Positions 9,100-18,046 of a DNA stretch of 64,000 nt are shown piece after piece (the first letter of the stretch is position 1; the number at the start of each line of letters is the position of its first letter). Under the pieces are notes generated by a model. The model was not told the origin of the DNA. It was given only the letters and a program-made list of their open reading frames with translations, and searched no databases. The position numbers were made by a program, and so were the translations under genes. Source of the DNA: Alphaproteobacteria bacterium (GTDB lineage: Bacteria > Pseudomonadota > Alphaproteobacteria > UBA828); NCBI GenBank assembly GCA_965220745.1, contig CBDCQT010000013.1, forward strand, positions 352,001 to 416,000. The letters are read 5' to 3'.

Positions 9100-11211
9100 A
9101 TGTCGGATCACGCTTCCGAGCCGCCAGTCCTCGAGATCACCGGCCTCTGCCTCAGCTACTACACGCGGGCCGGCGAGGTTCCCGCCGTCTACGACTTCGA
9201 TCTTACCGTGGCCAGGGGCGAATCGGTCGGCCTCGTCGGCGAGTCCGGCTGCGGCAAGTCCACCGTGGCCAACGGCGTCATGCGCTATATGGGGCACAAC
9301 GGCGACATCGTCGGCGGTACCATCAAATTCAAGGGCCGCGACATGGCCGAGATGTCCGCGGAAGAAATCCGCCGGGTGCGCGGCAAGGACATCGCCATGA
9401 TCTACCAGGAGCCGATGGCCTCGCTCAATCCGAGCCTGACCATCGGCCAGCAGCTCATGGAAGTGCCGATAATCCACGAGGGCGTGAGCAAAGCTGAAGC
9501 CTTCCAGCGCGCCTACGACATGCTGTCGGCGGTACATATTCCGGACCCAAAGCGGCTCATGATCTCCTATCCCCACCAGGTCTCCGGCGGTCAGCAGCAG
9601 CGCGTGGTGATTGCCATGGCGCTGCTCTCACGGCCCGCGCTGCTGTTGCTGGACGAGCCGACGACGGCACTCGACGTGACGGTGGAGGCGGGCATCGTCG
9701 AGTTGATCGCCGAGCTCAGCCGCGAGACCGGCTCGTCGCTGCTCTACATCTCCCACAATCTCGGCCTGATGCTGGAGGTCTGCGACCGCATCTGCGTGAT
9801 GTACTCGGGCGAGGTGGTGGAGGAGGGGACGATCGATTCGATATTCTCCTGGCCCAAGCACCCCTATACCCAGGGCCTCTTCGGTTGCATTCCGTTGCCG
9901 CACGCAGACAAGAACGCGCGCCCGCTGGTCTCGATCAAGGGCCAGCTTCCGCTCCCGCACGAGCGGCCCGAGGGCTGCAATTTTGGGCCGCGTTGCGGGT
10001 TCTTCGAGCAGGGGCGGTGTGACAAGGGCCTGATCCCGATGGATGAGGTGCACACCGACGACGACCCGGCGCATCGGGTGCGATGTAGGCGCTGGGAGGG
10101 GATCGACGTCACCGAGGCGGTGCGTGTCGATGACGTCCGTGAGCCGATCGAGGTTGGCGAGACGGTCCTCGAGGTCGCCGACATGCGCAAGTACTACAAG
10201 GTGCGTGATCGCTCGCTTGCGGCTTTGGTTTCCGGCGGCGCCGTCCGCGAAGTCAAGGCGAACGAGAGCATCAGCTTCCGCGCGGGCGAGGGCGAGACGG
10301 TCGCCATCGTGGGTGAATCAGGTTGCGGCAAGTCCACCTTCGCCAAGGTGTTGATGGGGCTGGAGACTGCGACCGACGGCGAGGTGACGCTGGATGGGAC
10401 CGACCTTGGCGGCATTCCGGTCAACAAGCGCACGGCGGCGCAGCTCTCCTCGCTCCAGATGGTGTTCCAGAACCCGAACGATACGCTCAACCCGTCCCAC
10501 TCGGTGGGCTACCAGATCGGCCGCGTCATCAAGCGCTTCGGCATCGAGCGCGATTCCGTCAAGCGGAGGGAGCTGGTGTTCGAGCTGCTCGACACGGTGA
10601 AGCTGCCGCGCGCCTTCATGTCCCGGAAGCCGCGCCAGCTCTCAGGCGGCCAGAAGCAGCGGGTAGGTATCGCGCGCGCCTTCGCCGGCAACCCCAAGAC
10701 GGTGATCGCGGACGAGCCGATCTCGGCGCTCGACGTCTCGGTGGCCGCGGCGGTGACCGAGCTGCTGATGGACATTCAGCGCGAGCACCGCACCACGCTG
10801 CTCTTCATCAGCCACGACCTCTCGGCGGTGCGCTACCTCTCCGACCGCGTGGTGGTGATGTATCTCGGCCAGATCATGGAGCGCGGCTCAACGGAGCAAA
10901 TTTTTGCGCCCCCCTACCATCCCTACACCGAGGCGCTGCTCTCTGCAGTGCCGATCGCCGACCCCGAGGTGGAGAGGCGCCGCATCGTGCTGGAAGGCAG
11001 CCTGCCAAGCCCGCTCGATCCGCCCAAGGGGTGTCCTTTCTCGACCCGTTGTCCGCGCAAGCTCGGCGAGATTTGCGATAACGAGGCGCCGCCACTTCAG
11101 ACCAACGCCAACCGCCACGTCATCGCCTGCCACATTCCGCTCGAAGAGCTGCGCGACGTTGAGCCGGTGATTTCCATTCCCGACCGCGACGAGCTCCACG
11201 CTGCACAGTAA
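9100..11211 (+). CDS. ABC transporter ATP-binding protein, fused DppD-DppF
   Basis: Two GESGCGKS Walker A motifs, two SGGQ signatures, and two oligo_HPY C-terminal motifs (HPYT...GC.F..RC). Confidence 0.92.
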   Translation: MSDHASEPPVLEITGLCLSYYTRAGEVPAVYDFDLTVARGESVGLVGESGCGKSTVANGVMRYMGHNGDIVGGTIKFKGRDMAEMSAEEIRRVRGKDIAMIYQEPMASLNPSLTIGQQLMEVPIIHEGVSKAEAFQRAYDMLSAVHIPDPKRLMISYPHQVSGGQQQRVVIAMALLSRPALLLLDEPTTALDVTVEAGIVELIAELSRETGSSLLYISHNLGLMLEVCDRICVMYSGEVVEEGTIDSIFSWPKHPYTQGLFGCIPLPHADKNARPLVSIKGQLPLPHERPEGCNFGPRCGFFEQGRCDKGLIPMDEVHTDDDPAHRVRCRRWEGIDVTEAVRVDDVREPIEVGETVLEVADMRKYYKVRDRSLAALVSGGAVREVKANESISFRAGEGETVAIVGESGCGKSTFAKVLMGLETATDGEVTLDGTDLGGIPVNKRTAAQLSSLQMVFQNPNDTLNPSHSVGYQIGRVIKRFGIERDSVKRRELVFELLDTVKLPRAFMSRKPRQLSGGQKQRVGIARAFAGNPKTVIADEPISALDVSVAAAVTELLMDIQREHRTTLLFISHDLSAVRYLSDRVVVMYLGQIMERGSTEQIFAPPYHPYTEALLSAVPIADPEVERRRIVLEGSLPSPLDPPKGCPFSTRCPRKLGEICDNEAPPLQTNANRHVIACHIPLEELRDVEPVISIPDRDELHAAQ

Positions 11212-11224
11212 TCCCACGAACAAC

Positions 11225-12424
11225 GTGCCGCCGCCGCCGGACGAGACGGCGCTTCGGCTGGGACGGCTCAAGCGGCTCCGCGCCGAGATGACGCGGTTCG
11301 ATTGTGCTGCGCTCGTGCTGACCGATCCGCACAATGTGCGCTACGCCACCGGCGCCCGGAACATGATACCCTTCCTTCTTCGCAACCCGGCGCGCTACGT
11401 GTTCGTGCCCCTGGAAGGCCCGGTCGTGTTGTTCGAGTTCGCGGGTTGCGAGCACATGGAACGCGACAATCCGGTGATCGACGAGATCCGCGTTTCCACG
11501 ACGGTCTCTTACGTGGCGCGCGGGCCCTTGCTGGACGAGACGGCAAGGCTCTGGGCCGAGGAGATTGCCGCGCTGATGCGCCAGCATTGCCCGGGCGAGA
11601 CGCGGATCGGCTTGGAACGCATCGATGCACGGGCCGTCGGCTATCTGGCGGATCGGGGGTTCACGATCCTCGATGCGCAGGCCCCGACAGAGAGAGCGCG
11701 TGCGATCAAGACGCCGGAGGAAATCGTCTGCTCGAAGCGCTCCATGGCGTGCGTCATGGCGGCGGAAAAGACTCTCGAAGACTCGATCCGGCCGGGAATC
11801 ACCGAGAACGCGCTGTGGGCGGAGTTCCACCGCCATGTGATTGCCAATGACGGTGACTACGTGGAGACCAGGCTGCTCAGCTCGGGCGAGAAAACCAACC
11901 CCTGGTTTCAGGAAACCGGCGACCGTGTGATCCGCGCCGGCGACCTGGTGGCGCACGATACCGATGTCGTCGGACCACACGGCTATTACGCCGATTTTTC
12001 ACGCACTTTTCTATGCGGCGACGGCCGGCCGACCCCGGAACAGCGAACGCTCTATCGCCTCGCCCATGAGCAGATCCAGCGCAATATGGCGCTGATCGCA
12101 CCGGGACGGACGTTCCGGGAAATCACGGAGGCAGCCTGGAAAATTCCGGCTCCATACTACGTCCGGCGGTACTACCTGATGATTCACGGTATCGGGGCGA
12201 CCGGCGAATACCCTTATATCGTGTACGAAGCCGACTACGATGGCGGGCGGGACTACGACGGTGTCATTGAACCCAACATGACGCTCTGCGTGGAAAGCTT
12301 CATCGGTCACGAGGAAGGGAGCGAAGGGGTAAAGCTGGAGCAACAGGTTCTGGTTACCGAGTCCGGCGTTGAGTTGATGAGTACGTTCCCCTTCGACGAA
12401 AGGTTGCTCGGCCGCGAGCTGTGA
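11225..12424 (+). CDS. M24B metallopeptidase-fold protein, DddP-related paralog 1
   Basis: DPHNVRYATG, ETRLLSSGEKTNPWFQE, DTDVVGPHGYYADFSRT, HGIG, CVES, KLEQQVLVT (binuclear metal ligands present). Confidence 0.8.
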   Translation: MPPPPDETALRLGRLKRLRAEMTRFDCAALVLTDPHNVRYATGARNMIPFLLRNPARYVFVPLEGPVVLFEFAGCEHMERDNPVIDEIRVSTTVSYVARGPLLDETARLWAEEIAALMRQHCPGETRIGLERIDARAVGYLADRGFTILDAQAPTERARAIKTPEEIVCSKRSMACVMAAEKTLEDSIRPGITENALWAEFHRHVIANDGDYVETRLLSSGEKTNPWFQETGDRVIRAGDLVAHDTDVVGPHGYYADFSRTFLCGDGRPTPEQRTLYRLAHEQIQRNMALIAPGRTFREITEAAWKIPAPYYVRRYYLMIHGIGATGEYPYIVYEADYDGGRDYDGVIEPNMTLCVESFIGHEEGSEGVKLEQQVLVTESGVELMSTFPFDERLLGREL

Positions 12425-12426
12425 CG

Positions 12427-13047
12427 ATGGGGACGCTCTTTCCGCCGCTACCCTCCGGTCCATTCGACATCATCTATGCCGATCCGCCCTGGGACTACAA
12501 AGGGCAGCTTCAGCACGCCGGCGAGGGCAGCCAGGATACGGGAGGCGCGGTCAGGCACTATCCGACCGTGACCCTGGATGACCTCAAGACGTTGAATGTT
12601 CCTACTATTTGTGCGCAAGATTGCCTCCTGTTCATGTGGGCGACCAATCCACATCTGGACCAGGCCATTGACTTGGGAAAGGCGTGGGGCTTTGCGTGGG
12701 CAACCGTGGCCTTCGTGTGGGATAAGGTAAGGGTAAATCCCGGCTTTTATACCATGAGCCAATGCGAGTTATGCCTCGTGTTCAAGAGGGGAAAGATCCC
12801 GTCTCCGCGCGGTGCCAGAAACGTGCGCCAGCTCGTCACCGCCAAGCGGGAGGCTCACTCGCAAAAGCCGGACGAAGTGCGGCTGCGCATCGAAGAGATG
12901 TTTCCGCTTCTCCGCAAGATCGAACTGTTCGCGCGCGAGAGGGATGAGCAGTGCCTCACCGATGATCGTTGGACGAAATGGGGATTCGAAGCGCATGGCG
13001 CGGAAACATCTGGAGTGGCGGGAGAACTGGCAGGCCGAGGCTACTGA
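12427..13047 (+). CDS. MT-A70-family N6-adenine DNA methyltransferase (M.MunI-like)
   Basis: IIYADPPW catalytic motif, LFMWAT, FVWDK, HSQKP, KIELFARE; abuts a MunI-like endonuclease relic. Start 12427 or GTG 12421. Confidence 0.88.
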   Translation: MGTLFPPLPSGPFDIIYADPPWDYKGQLQHAGEGSQDTGGAVRHYPTVTLDDLKTLNVPTICAQDCLLFMWATNPHLDQAIDLGKAWGFAWATVAFVWDKVRVNPGFYTMSQCELCLVFKRGKIPSPRGARNVRQLVTAKREAHSQKPDEVRLRIEEMFPLLRKIELFARERDEQCLTDDRWTKWGFEAHGAETSGVAGELAGRGY

Positions 13048-13514
13048 GAGAGGAGTAAAACCAGAGAAAGCATTCGACCTGATTATGCATCACTACTTAA
13101 TTGACTCACCAATCGCAGGCATAGAGAACCCGAAAGAGCTCAGAGCGATTTATGGAGACGAGCACAGTCGGCACGATATCGCTTCCAATTATATGTTTCG
13201 ACGTCGAGATACCAACAGGTCCAATTCGTCGAAATCAAGCGGTAATGTGCAAAGGGAAACACCCACGAGCGGGCTTGAAAATTCATGATTCCTAGAATTC
13301 TAAACTCGATAAAGTGGATTGGTAATCGGCATCAGGGTGTAATTCCGGTTTGGTGGATTTTTGCGGACGAGATTGCTTCCGATTCTCGCTATAGGCAAGA
13401 GATACTGCATTGGCTTCAGGGGATCGAGGTCCATGTCCTGTTATGGGAGAGAATCACAGATTACAAACCCGTGTCGATCATTTCGAGGAGCACATACAGC
13501 CGCTTCTTTCGTAA
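12995..13514 (+). pseudogene. MunI-like type II restriction endonuclease pseudogene
   Basis: Joined frames read MARKHLEWRENWQA..PKELRAIY..[frameshift ~13222]FVEIKR*CAKGNTHERA*KFMIPRIL..IPVWWIF..D.RYRQEILHW..[frameshift ~13472]DHFEEHIQPLLS*. These match R.MunI blocks as I recall them (NWQA, FGEIKRQ, GNAHERSCK, PFWVVF, HFNEK). Stops at 13243 and 13276. Confidence 0.8.
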
Positions 13515-13821
13515 ATCGAAAAAGCGGCTAACAACGCATTGCCAGACGGGAGAAATGGGACCAATCTTGCATCAAGTGCGTGTTCTCGCGCCCAAGCTCA
13601 ACGGCGTGACATCGTGTCAGCGATGCGATCTGCATGGAGGATGTAACGCGCTGCGAGGAGGCGTCGGCCCGTCCTGTCGGAACCCTGGCAAGGATACCGT
13701 TCTCAGTTCGAGGCGTGGTTGAAATCAGTGGGAAGGAAACGTCTATGGATAGAAGCGGCCAAGTTGTGACTGCGTCGATCGGCGATCGGGGGCGTCGGCT
13801 CTCTCGGAACGGAGGCGCTAT

Positions 13822-15063
13822 ATGACACAGGCATCCGGCGGCACCGCCAACACACTGCGCCAGCATGGTGCGATGGAGCACAGCAATCCGCCCTGCGATC
13901 TCGACGAGATGCGCCGTTACCGGCTCGGGCGCGTGCGCGAGGCGCTGGCTGCGCGCGACCTCGCCGGCATCATCCTCTACGACCCGCTGAACATCCGCTA
14001 CGCCACCGATGCGTCAAACATGCAGGTGTGGTGCGCCCACAACGAGGCCCGCTACCTCTACGTGCCGGCGGAAGGGCCGGTTCGGCTGTTCGAGTTCGGC
14101 GGTGGTAGCGACCTGCTCACCGCCGGGCTCCCCACCATCGACGAGGTCCGCGGCGCGACCTATGTGCTCTATTTCATTGCCGGCGGCCGTCAGGCTGACA
14201 ACGCGCGGGCCTGGGCGGCTGAGCTGGACTCGGTGATCCGTGAGCACGCCGGCGGCAACCGGCGCATCGCCATCGACCGGGTCGGACCGGTGGGCATGAT
14301 CGAAATGCAGCGCCTCGGCTACGAAATCGTCGACGGCTTCGAGGTGATGGAGAACGCCCGGTCGATCAAGTCGGCCGGCGAGATCACCCTGATGCGCCAC
14401 TCGATTGCGGTGTGCGAGCAGGCCATCGCGCAGATGCGCGAGGCGCTCACGCCCGGCATCACCGAGAACGCGCTCTGGGCCGAGCTCCATCGCGGCAACA
14501 TCGCCGGCGGCGGCGAGTGGATCGAGTGTCGACTACTCGCATCCGGGCCACGCACGAACCCATGGTTCCGAGAATCCTCGATGCGCGTCATCGAGCGCGG
14601 CGACATCGTGGCCTTCGACACGGACCTTGTGGGACCCTACGGCTATTGCTGCGACATCTCGCGCACCTGGGTGTGCGACGCGCGCCCGAGCGATGAGCAG
14701 CGGCGCATCTACGCCGAGGCCTACGCGCAGGTGCAGGAGAACAAGGCGTTGTTGAAGCCCGGCGCGACATTCCGTGAGCTCACCGAGTTCTCGCGCCCCT
14801 TCAGCGACGAGTTCGTCGAGGGCCGCTATTCGGTGTCGATGCACGGGGTGGGGCTCTGCGACGAATACCCAGCTATCCTCTACCCGCAAGACTATGAGCC
14901 CGGAGACGACGGCGTGCTGGAGGAGGGGATGGTGATTTGCGTTGAAGGCCTCGCCGCTCCCGCCGGCGGCCGTGAGGCGGTCAAACTCGAAGAGCAGGTG
15001 CTGATCACCGCAAACGGCCATGAGCAGCTCTCGTCGTATCCGTTGGAGGAGGACTGGCTGTAG
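13822..15063 (+). CDS. dddP: DddP-like DMSP lyase / M24B family protein, paralog 2
   Basis: DPLNIRYATDASNMQVW, GGEWIECRLLASGPRTNPWF, FDTDLVGPYGYCCDISRT, MHGVGLCDEYP and KLEEQVLIT closely follow Roseobacter DddP motifs. Activity is not established. Confidence 0.65.
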   Translation: MTQASGGTANTLRQHGAMEHSNPPCDLDEMRRYRLGRVREALAARDLAGIILYDPLNIRYATDASNMQVWCAHNEARYLYVPAEGPVRLFEFGGGSDLLTAGLPTIDEVRGATYVLYFIAGGRQADNARAWAAELDSVIREHAGGNRRIAIDRVGPVGMIEMQRLGYEIVDGFEVMENARSIKSAGEITLMRHSIAVCEQAIAQMREALTPGITENALWAELHRGNIAGGGEWIECRLLASGPRTNPWFRESSMRVIERGDIVAFDTDLVGPYGYCCDISRTWVCDARPSDEQRRIYAEAYAQVQENKALLKPGATFRELTEFSRPFSDEFVEGRYSVSMHGVGLCDEYPAILYPQDYEPGDDGVLEEGMVICVEGLAAPAGGREAVKLEEQVLITANGHEQLSSYPLEEDWL

Positions 15064-15104
15064 CAGGGGAGGGGGCGAGCGAATTCGCGCAAGCTCGTGC
15101 GTCC

Positions 15105-15911
15105 ATGAAGCATGTTCTCGACCTCGATCGCTGGCCCATGGACGCGCTGAATGGTGTGCCGGGACGGGCGCTGGTCGCCCGTTGCCGCGATGAGCTGCGG
15201 GACACAGGCATGTTCAGCCTGCCGGGGCTCATCCGACGGGAGGCGCTTCGGACGTGTGTCACGGAGGTGGCGCACCTGTTCGATACCGCCGCCTTCATCC
15301 ACGCCCGCGATCACAACATCTACTTCGACGACGAGATCGAGGGGCTGGAAGCCGGCCACCCGGCGCTCCGCCGCTTCACCACCGTCAACCGCACGATTTG
15401 CGGCGACCAGATCCCGGCCAGCACCATCGAGCGAGTCTACGAGTGGCAGCCGCTCATCGATTTTCTGGCGGCGGCGATGGACAAGCCCCAGCTATACCCG
15501 ATGGCCGATCCCCTCGGCCGGCTCAACGTCATGGCCTACCGGGAAGGGGAGCGGCTCAACTGGCACTTCGACCGGGCGGAGTTCACCATCACCGTGCTCC
15601 TGCAGGCGCCGCTCGGAGGCGGAGATTTTCAGTACCGCAGCGGGCTGCGGAGCGATACCGACCCGAACTACGACGGCATCGCCCGCTTGCTTGCCGGCGA
15701 CGACGAACGGGTGCGGACGCTGCCGCTCGCACCGGGCACGCTCAACGTCTTCAAGGGCAAGAACACGGCGCACCGGGTGACGCCGGTCGAAGGCGACCGC
15801 GCCAGGATCATCGCGGTGTTCTCGTACTACGAGACGCCGCACGTCACATTCAGCGATACTGAGCGCCTGGGCTTCTACGGCCGGACGACCCCCGCGAGGG
15901 CGGAAGCGTAG
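15105..15911 (+). CDS. 2-oxoglutarate/Fe(II)-dependent oxygenase (BesD/HalD-like fold, HxD hydroxylase type)
   Basis: LNWHFD (HxD), GGDF, distal HRVTPV and the 2OG-binding Arg in RIIAVFSY. Confidence 0.8.
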   Translation: MKHVLDLDRWPMDALNGVPGRALVARCRDELRDTGMFSLPGLIRREALRTCVTEVAHLFDTAAFIHARDHNIYFDDEIEGLEAGHPALRRFTTVNRTICGDQIPASTIERVYEWQPLIDFLAAAMDKPQLYPMADPLGRLNVMAYREGERLNWHFDRAEFTITVLLQAPLGGGDFQYRSGLRSDTDPNYDGIARLLAGDDERVRTLPLAPGTLNVFKGKNTAHRVTPVEGDRARIIAVFSYYETPHVTFSDTERLGFYGRTTPARAEA

Positions 15912-15949
15912 AACCGGACCCGCACACCGAGCCAAGCACCGGCAAACAG

Positions 15950-16264
15950 ATGACCGTCGCTCTCTTCTACAACCCGCATTGCCCCGACTGCGTGCGTCAG
16001 GCGGCGCTCGCGGCGCGCATGGACTGGCTGGGCCGGGTCGAGCTGCGGACGGACGACTCGCCCCTGGGCGAAGTCCCCGTCGGCGAGATCGTCGTGGTGG
16101 ACAAGCAACGCAGCAAGGTCTTCACGGGCGTCTACGCCACGCGCCAGGTGTGCCTGCAGGTTCCGCTGCTATTCCTCTATGGGCTTGCGCTCTACCTGCC
16201 GCCGTTCCGCCTCCTCTTTGGGCGAGAGAAGCAGGGCTGCAACGGCGACGCCTGCGAATTCTGA
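15950..16264 (+). CDS. Small DCC/DUF393-like thiol-disulfide oxidoreductase
   Basis: LFYNPHCPDC CxxC near the N-terminus; C-terminal GCNGDAC. Confidence 0.65.
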   Translation: MTVALFYNPHCPDCVRQAALAARMDWLGRVELRTDDSPLGEVPVGEIVVVDKQRSKVFTGVYATRQVCLQVPLLFLYGLALYLPPFRLLFGREKQGCNGDACEF

Positions 16265-16280
16265 TGGGCCACGCTGCCGC

Positions 16281-17498
16281 TCAGGCAGCGCCGTTGGCTT
16301 CCGCCGCCTCCGTCATCTTCCGTGCCACCCAGCGATAGAAGCAGTGGGTGGTGCGCTCCAGGGCGGGGGAGAGCACGCCGCCCTTGTAGGCCGGTGAGGC
16401 GCGGCCGCGCTGCATGCCTTCCACGACAAAGCGGTCTTCTAGGAAAATGCCGCGCCACAGGTCCTTGTTGGCCGCTCGCAGCTCGGCGCAGCCCTCGCCC
16501 ATGGCCTCGTCGGAAAAGTAATAGAGGTCGACGTGCTCGATGGTGCGCCCGGTGCCCGCCGGCATCAGCGTGCCGACGAAGCAGTGGTCGGCATGGACGC
16601 CGAACACCGCAGTCGGAAACAGCGCGACGTATTCGGCCGTCCCGTGCCAGCGCTCCGGTAATCCCGGCATGGTCGGCAAGCCGTTTCCGTTTTCCACGAG
16701 CTGCGGCTGGTAGGCGGTGCTGCCCTGCCCGGCGTAGCCGTCCTCCTCCTCAGTAATCTGGTAGTGATCTTCGAGTCGTGAATAGCTGTTGAGGCTCGGG
16801 TGGATCCACGGCAGGTGGTAGGCCTCGCAGAAGTTCTCCACCGCGAGCTTCCAGTTGCAGGCGACGTCCAGGGTGAAGGAGGAATCGCGCGCTTCGTGGT
16901 GCAGATCGGCGTCGTCGAAGTCTTTCCAGCGCTCGGCCACCGGCGCGATGAAGCTCTCGAACGGCGGCGCATCGCCACTCAGGTTGACGAAAATGGCGTC
17001 GAACCACGTGGCCGTCCGCACCGGCTTGAGCCCGTGCTTGGCCCACTCGAAGCCCTCGCAGGTGTTCTTGTCGGTACCGCCGATCATCGGCGTGGAGCGA
17101 AGCGAGCCGTCCAGATCGTAGGTCCAGGAATGGTAGGGACAGCGGATCGCGCTGCGCCTCCGCGCGGGCTCTTCCAGCAGCACCATGCCCCGGTGACTGC
17201 ACACGTTGTGGAAGACGCGAACTTCGTTGTCGCGCCCGCGCACCATGATGAGAGGCAGGCCGGCAAATTCGAGTGGCACCGCATCGCCTGCGTCGGGCGC
17301 GCGCCTGCCAGTGCCGATGCAGGCCCACGTGCGGGCCAGCAGCACGTCCTGCTCCCAATCGGCGAACTCGTCCGAGACGTAGGCCTCGTTCGGCAGTCCG
17401 CTCGCCCACTCCTCGATGGGTCGCACCACGTTCGCGAGAGTGGTGCTCACGCCCGTGCTGCTTTCCCACCAATGGTTTGTCATCGCCGCGTTCTCCAC
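16281..17498 (-). CDS. Rieske non-heme iron oxygenase alpha subunit (choline monooxygenase / betaine demethylase-like)
   Basis: CSHRG...CPYHSWTY Rieske motif; NWKLAVENFCEAYHLPWIHP mononuclear Fe motif; ED..VVEGMQRG. Confidence 0.9.
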   Translation of the reverse strand: MENAAMTNHWWESSTGVSTTLANVVRPIEEWASGLPNEAYVSDEFADWEQDVLLARTWACIGTGRRAPDAGDAVPLEFAGLPLIMVRGRDNEVRVFHNVCSHRGMVLLEEPARRRSAIRCPYHSWTYDLDGSLRSTPMIGGTDKNTCEGFEWAKHGLKPVRTATWFDAIFVNLSGDAPPFESFIAPVAERWKDFDDADLHHEARDSSFTLDVACNWKLAVENFCEAYHLPWIHPSLNSYSRLEDHYQITEEEDGYAGQGSTAYQPQLVENGNGLPTMPGLPERWHGTAEYVALFPTAVFGVHADHCFVGTLMPAGTGRTIEHVDLYYFSDEAMGEGCAELRAANKDLWRGIFLEDRFVVEGMQRGRASPAYKGGVLSPALERTTHCFYRWVARKMTEAAEANGAA

Positions 17499-17698
17499 GT
17501 GTGCCGGGGGCCGCGTCCACCCTGCAACTCAAGCTATCGCGGCGCGGGCCATCACGACTACTGCGAATCCGCATCAATTTGTCGCGATTGCGACGCTGGC
17601 GGGCGCCCTCTAACTGGGCAATGCAAGCGCTGAATGCGGTCCACCGACTGGCAATCGAGGAGCGACCTGCCGCGACACGCAGTTCGGCCTCGAATGCG

Positions 17699-17970
17699 CT
17701 AGCCCGCATTTCTCATCAGGGTCACGGCCTGCGTCGCGCCTAGGCGTTCGATCCGCCAGGAGCGGACCGAAAAGCGTATCAGGGAATACGGTTGAGGCCC
17801 GCGACGACGCGGGCGGGCGCCCGGGCACGACCCGAAGGGCGGCGCTGTCCGGCCGGCAGGGTGCGTCACGGCCCTTGCCCGATGTCCCCGCATCGCGCTG
17901 CGCGCCGTTCCTACCCTGTCGGCCGGACAGCGCCGCGCAGACCATGACCGTGGTGAGAAATGCGGGCTAG
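17699..17970 (+). mobile_element. MITE-like structured repeat, copy 2 (272 bp, CTAG at both ends, 26-bp TIRs)
   Basis: Left end ctagcccgcatttctcatcagggtca, right end tgaccgtggtgagaaatgcgggctag; collinear with 6969-7239; internal stem 17839-17862/17913-17936. Confidence 0.85.
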
Positions 17971-18046
17971 AGACAGGCCCGAGCATCAATTAGCATTTGA
18001 GGCTAACTACGCTGCGTGAAACAGAATGGCAAACTGGGAGGAAGAC

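Noticed and set aside
13525-13590. attC-like site after the endonuclease relic (gctaacaacgcattgc...caagtgcgtgtt)
   Set aside because: Partial inverted repeat only; no GTTRRRY core, no second cassette and no integron integrase.
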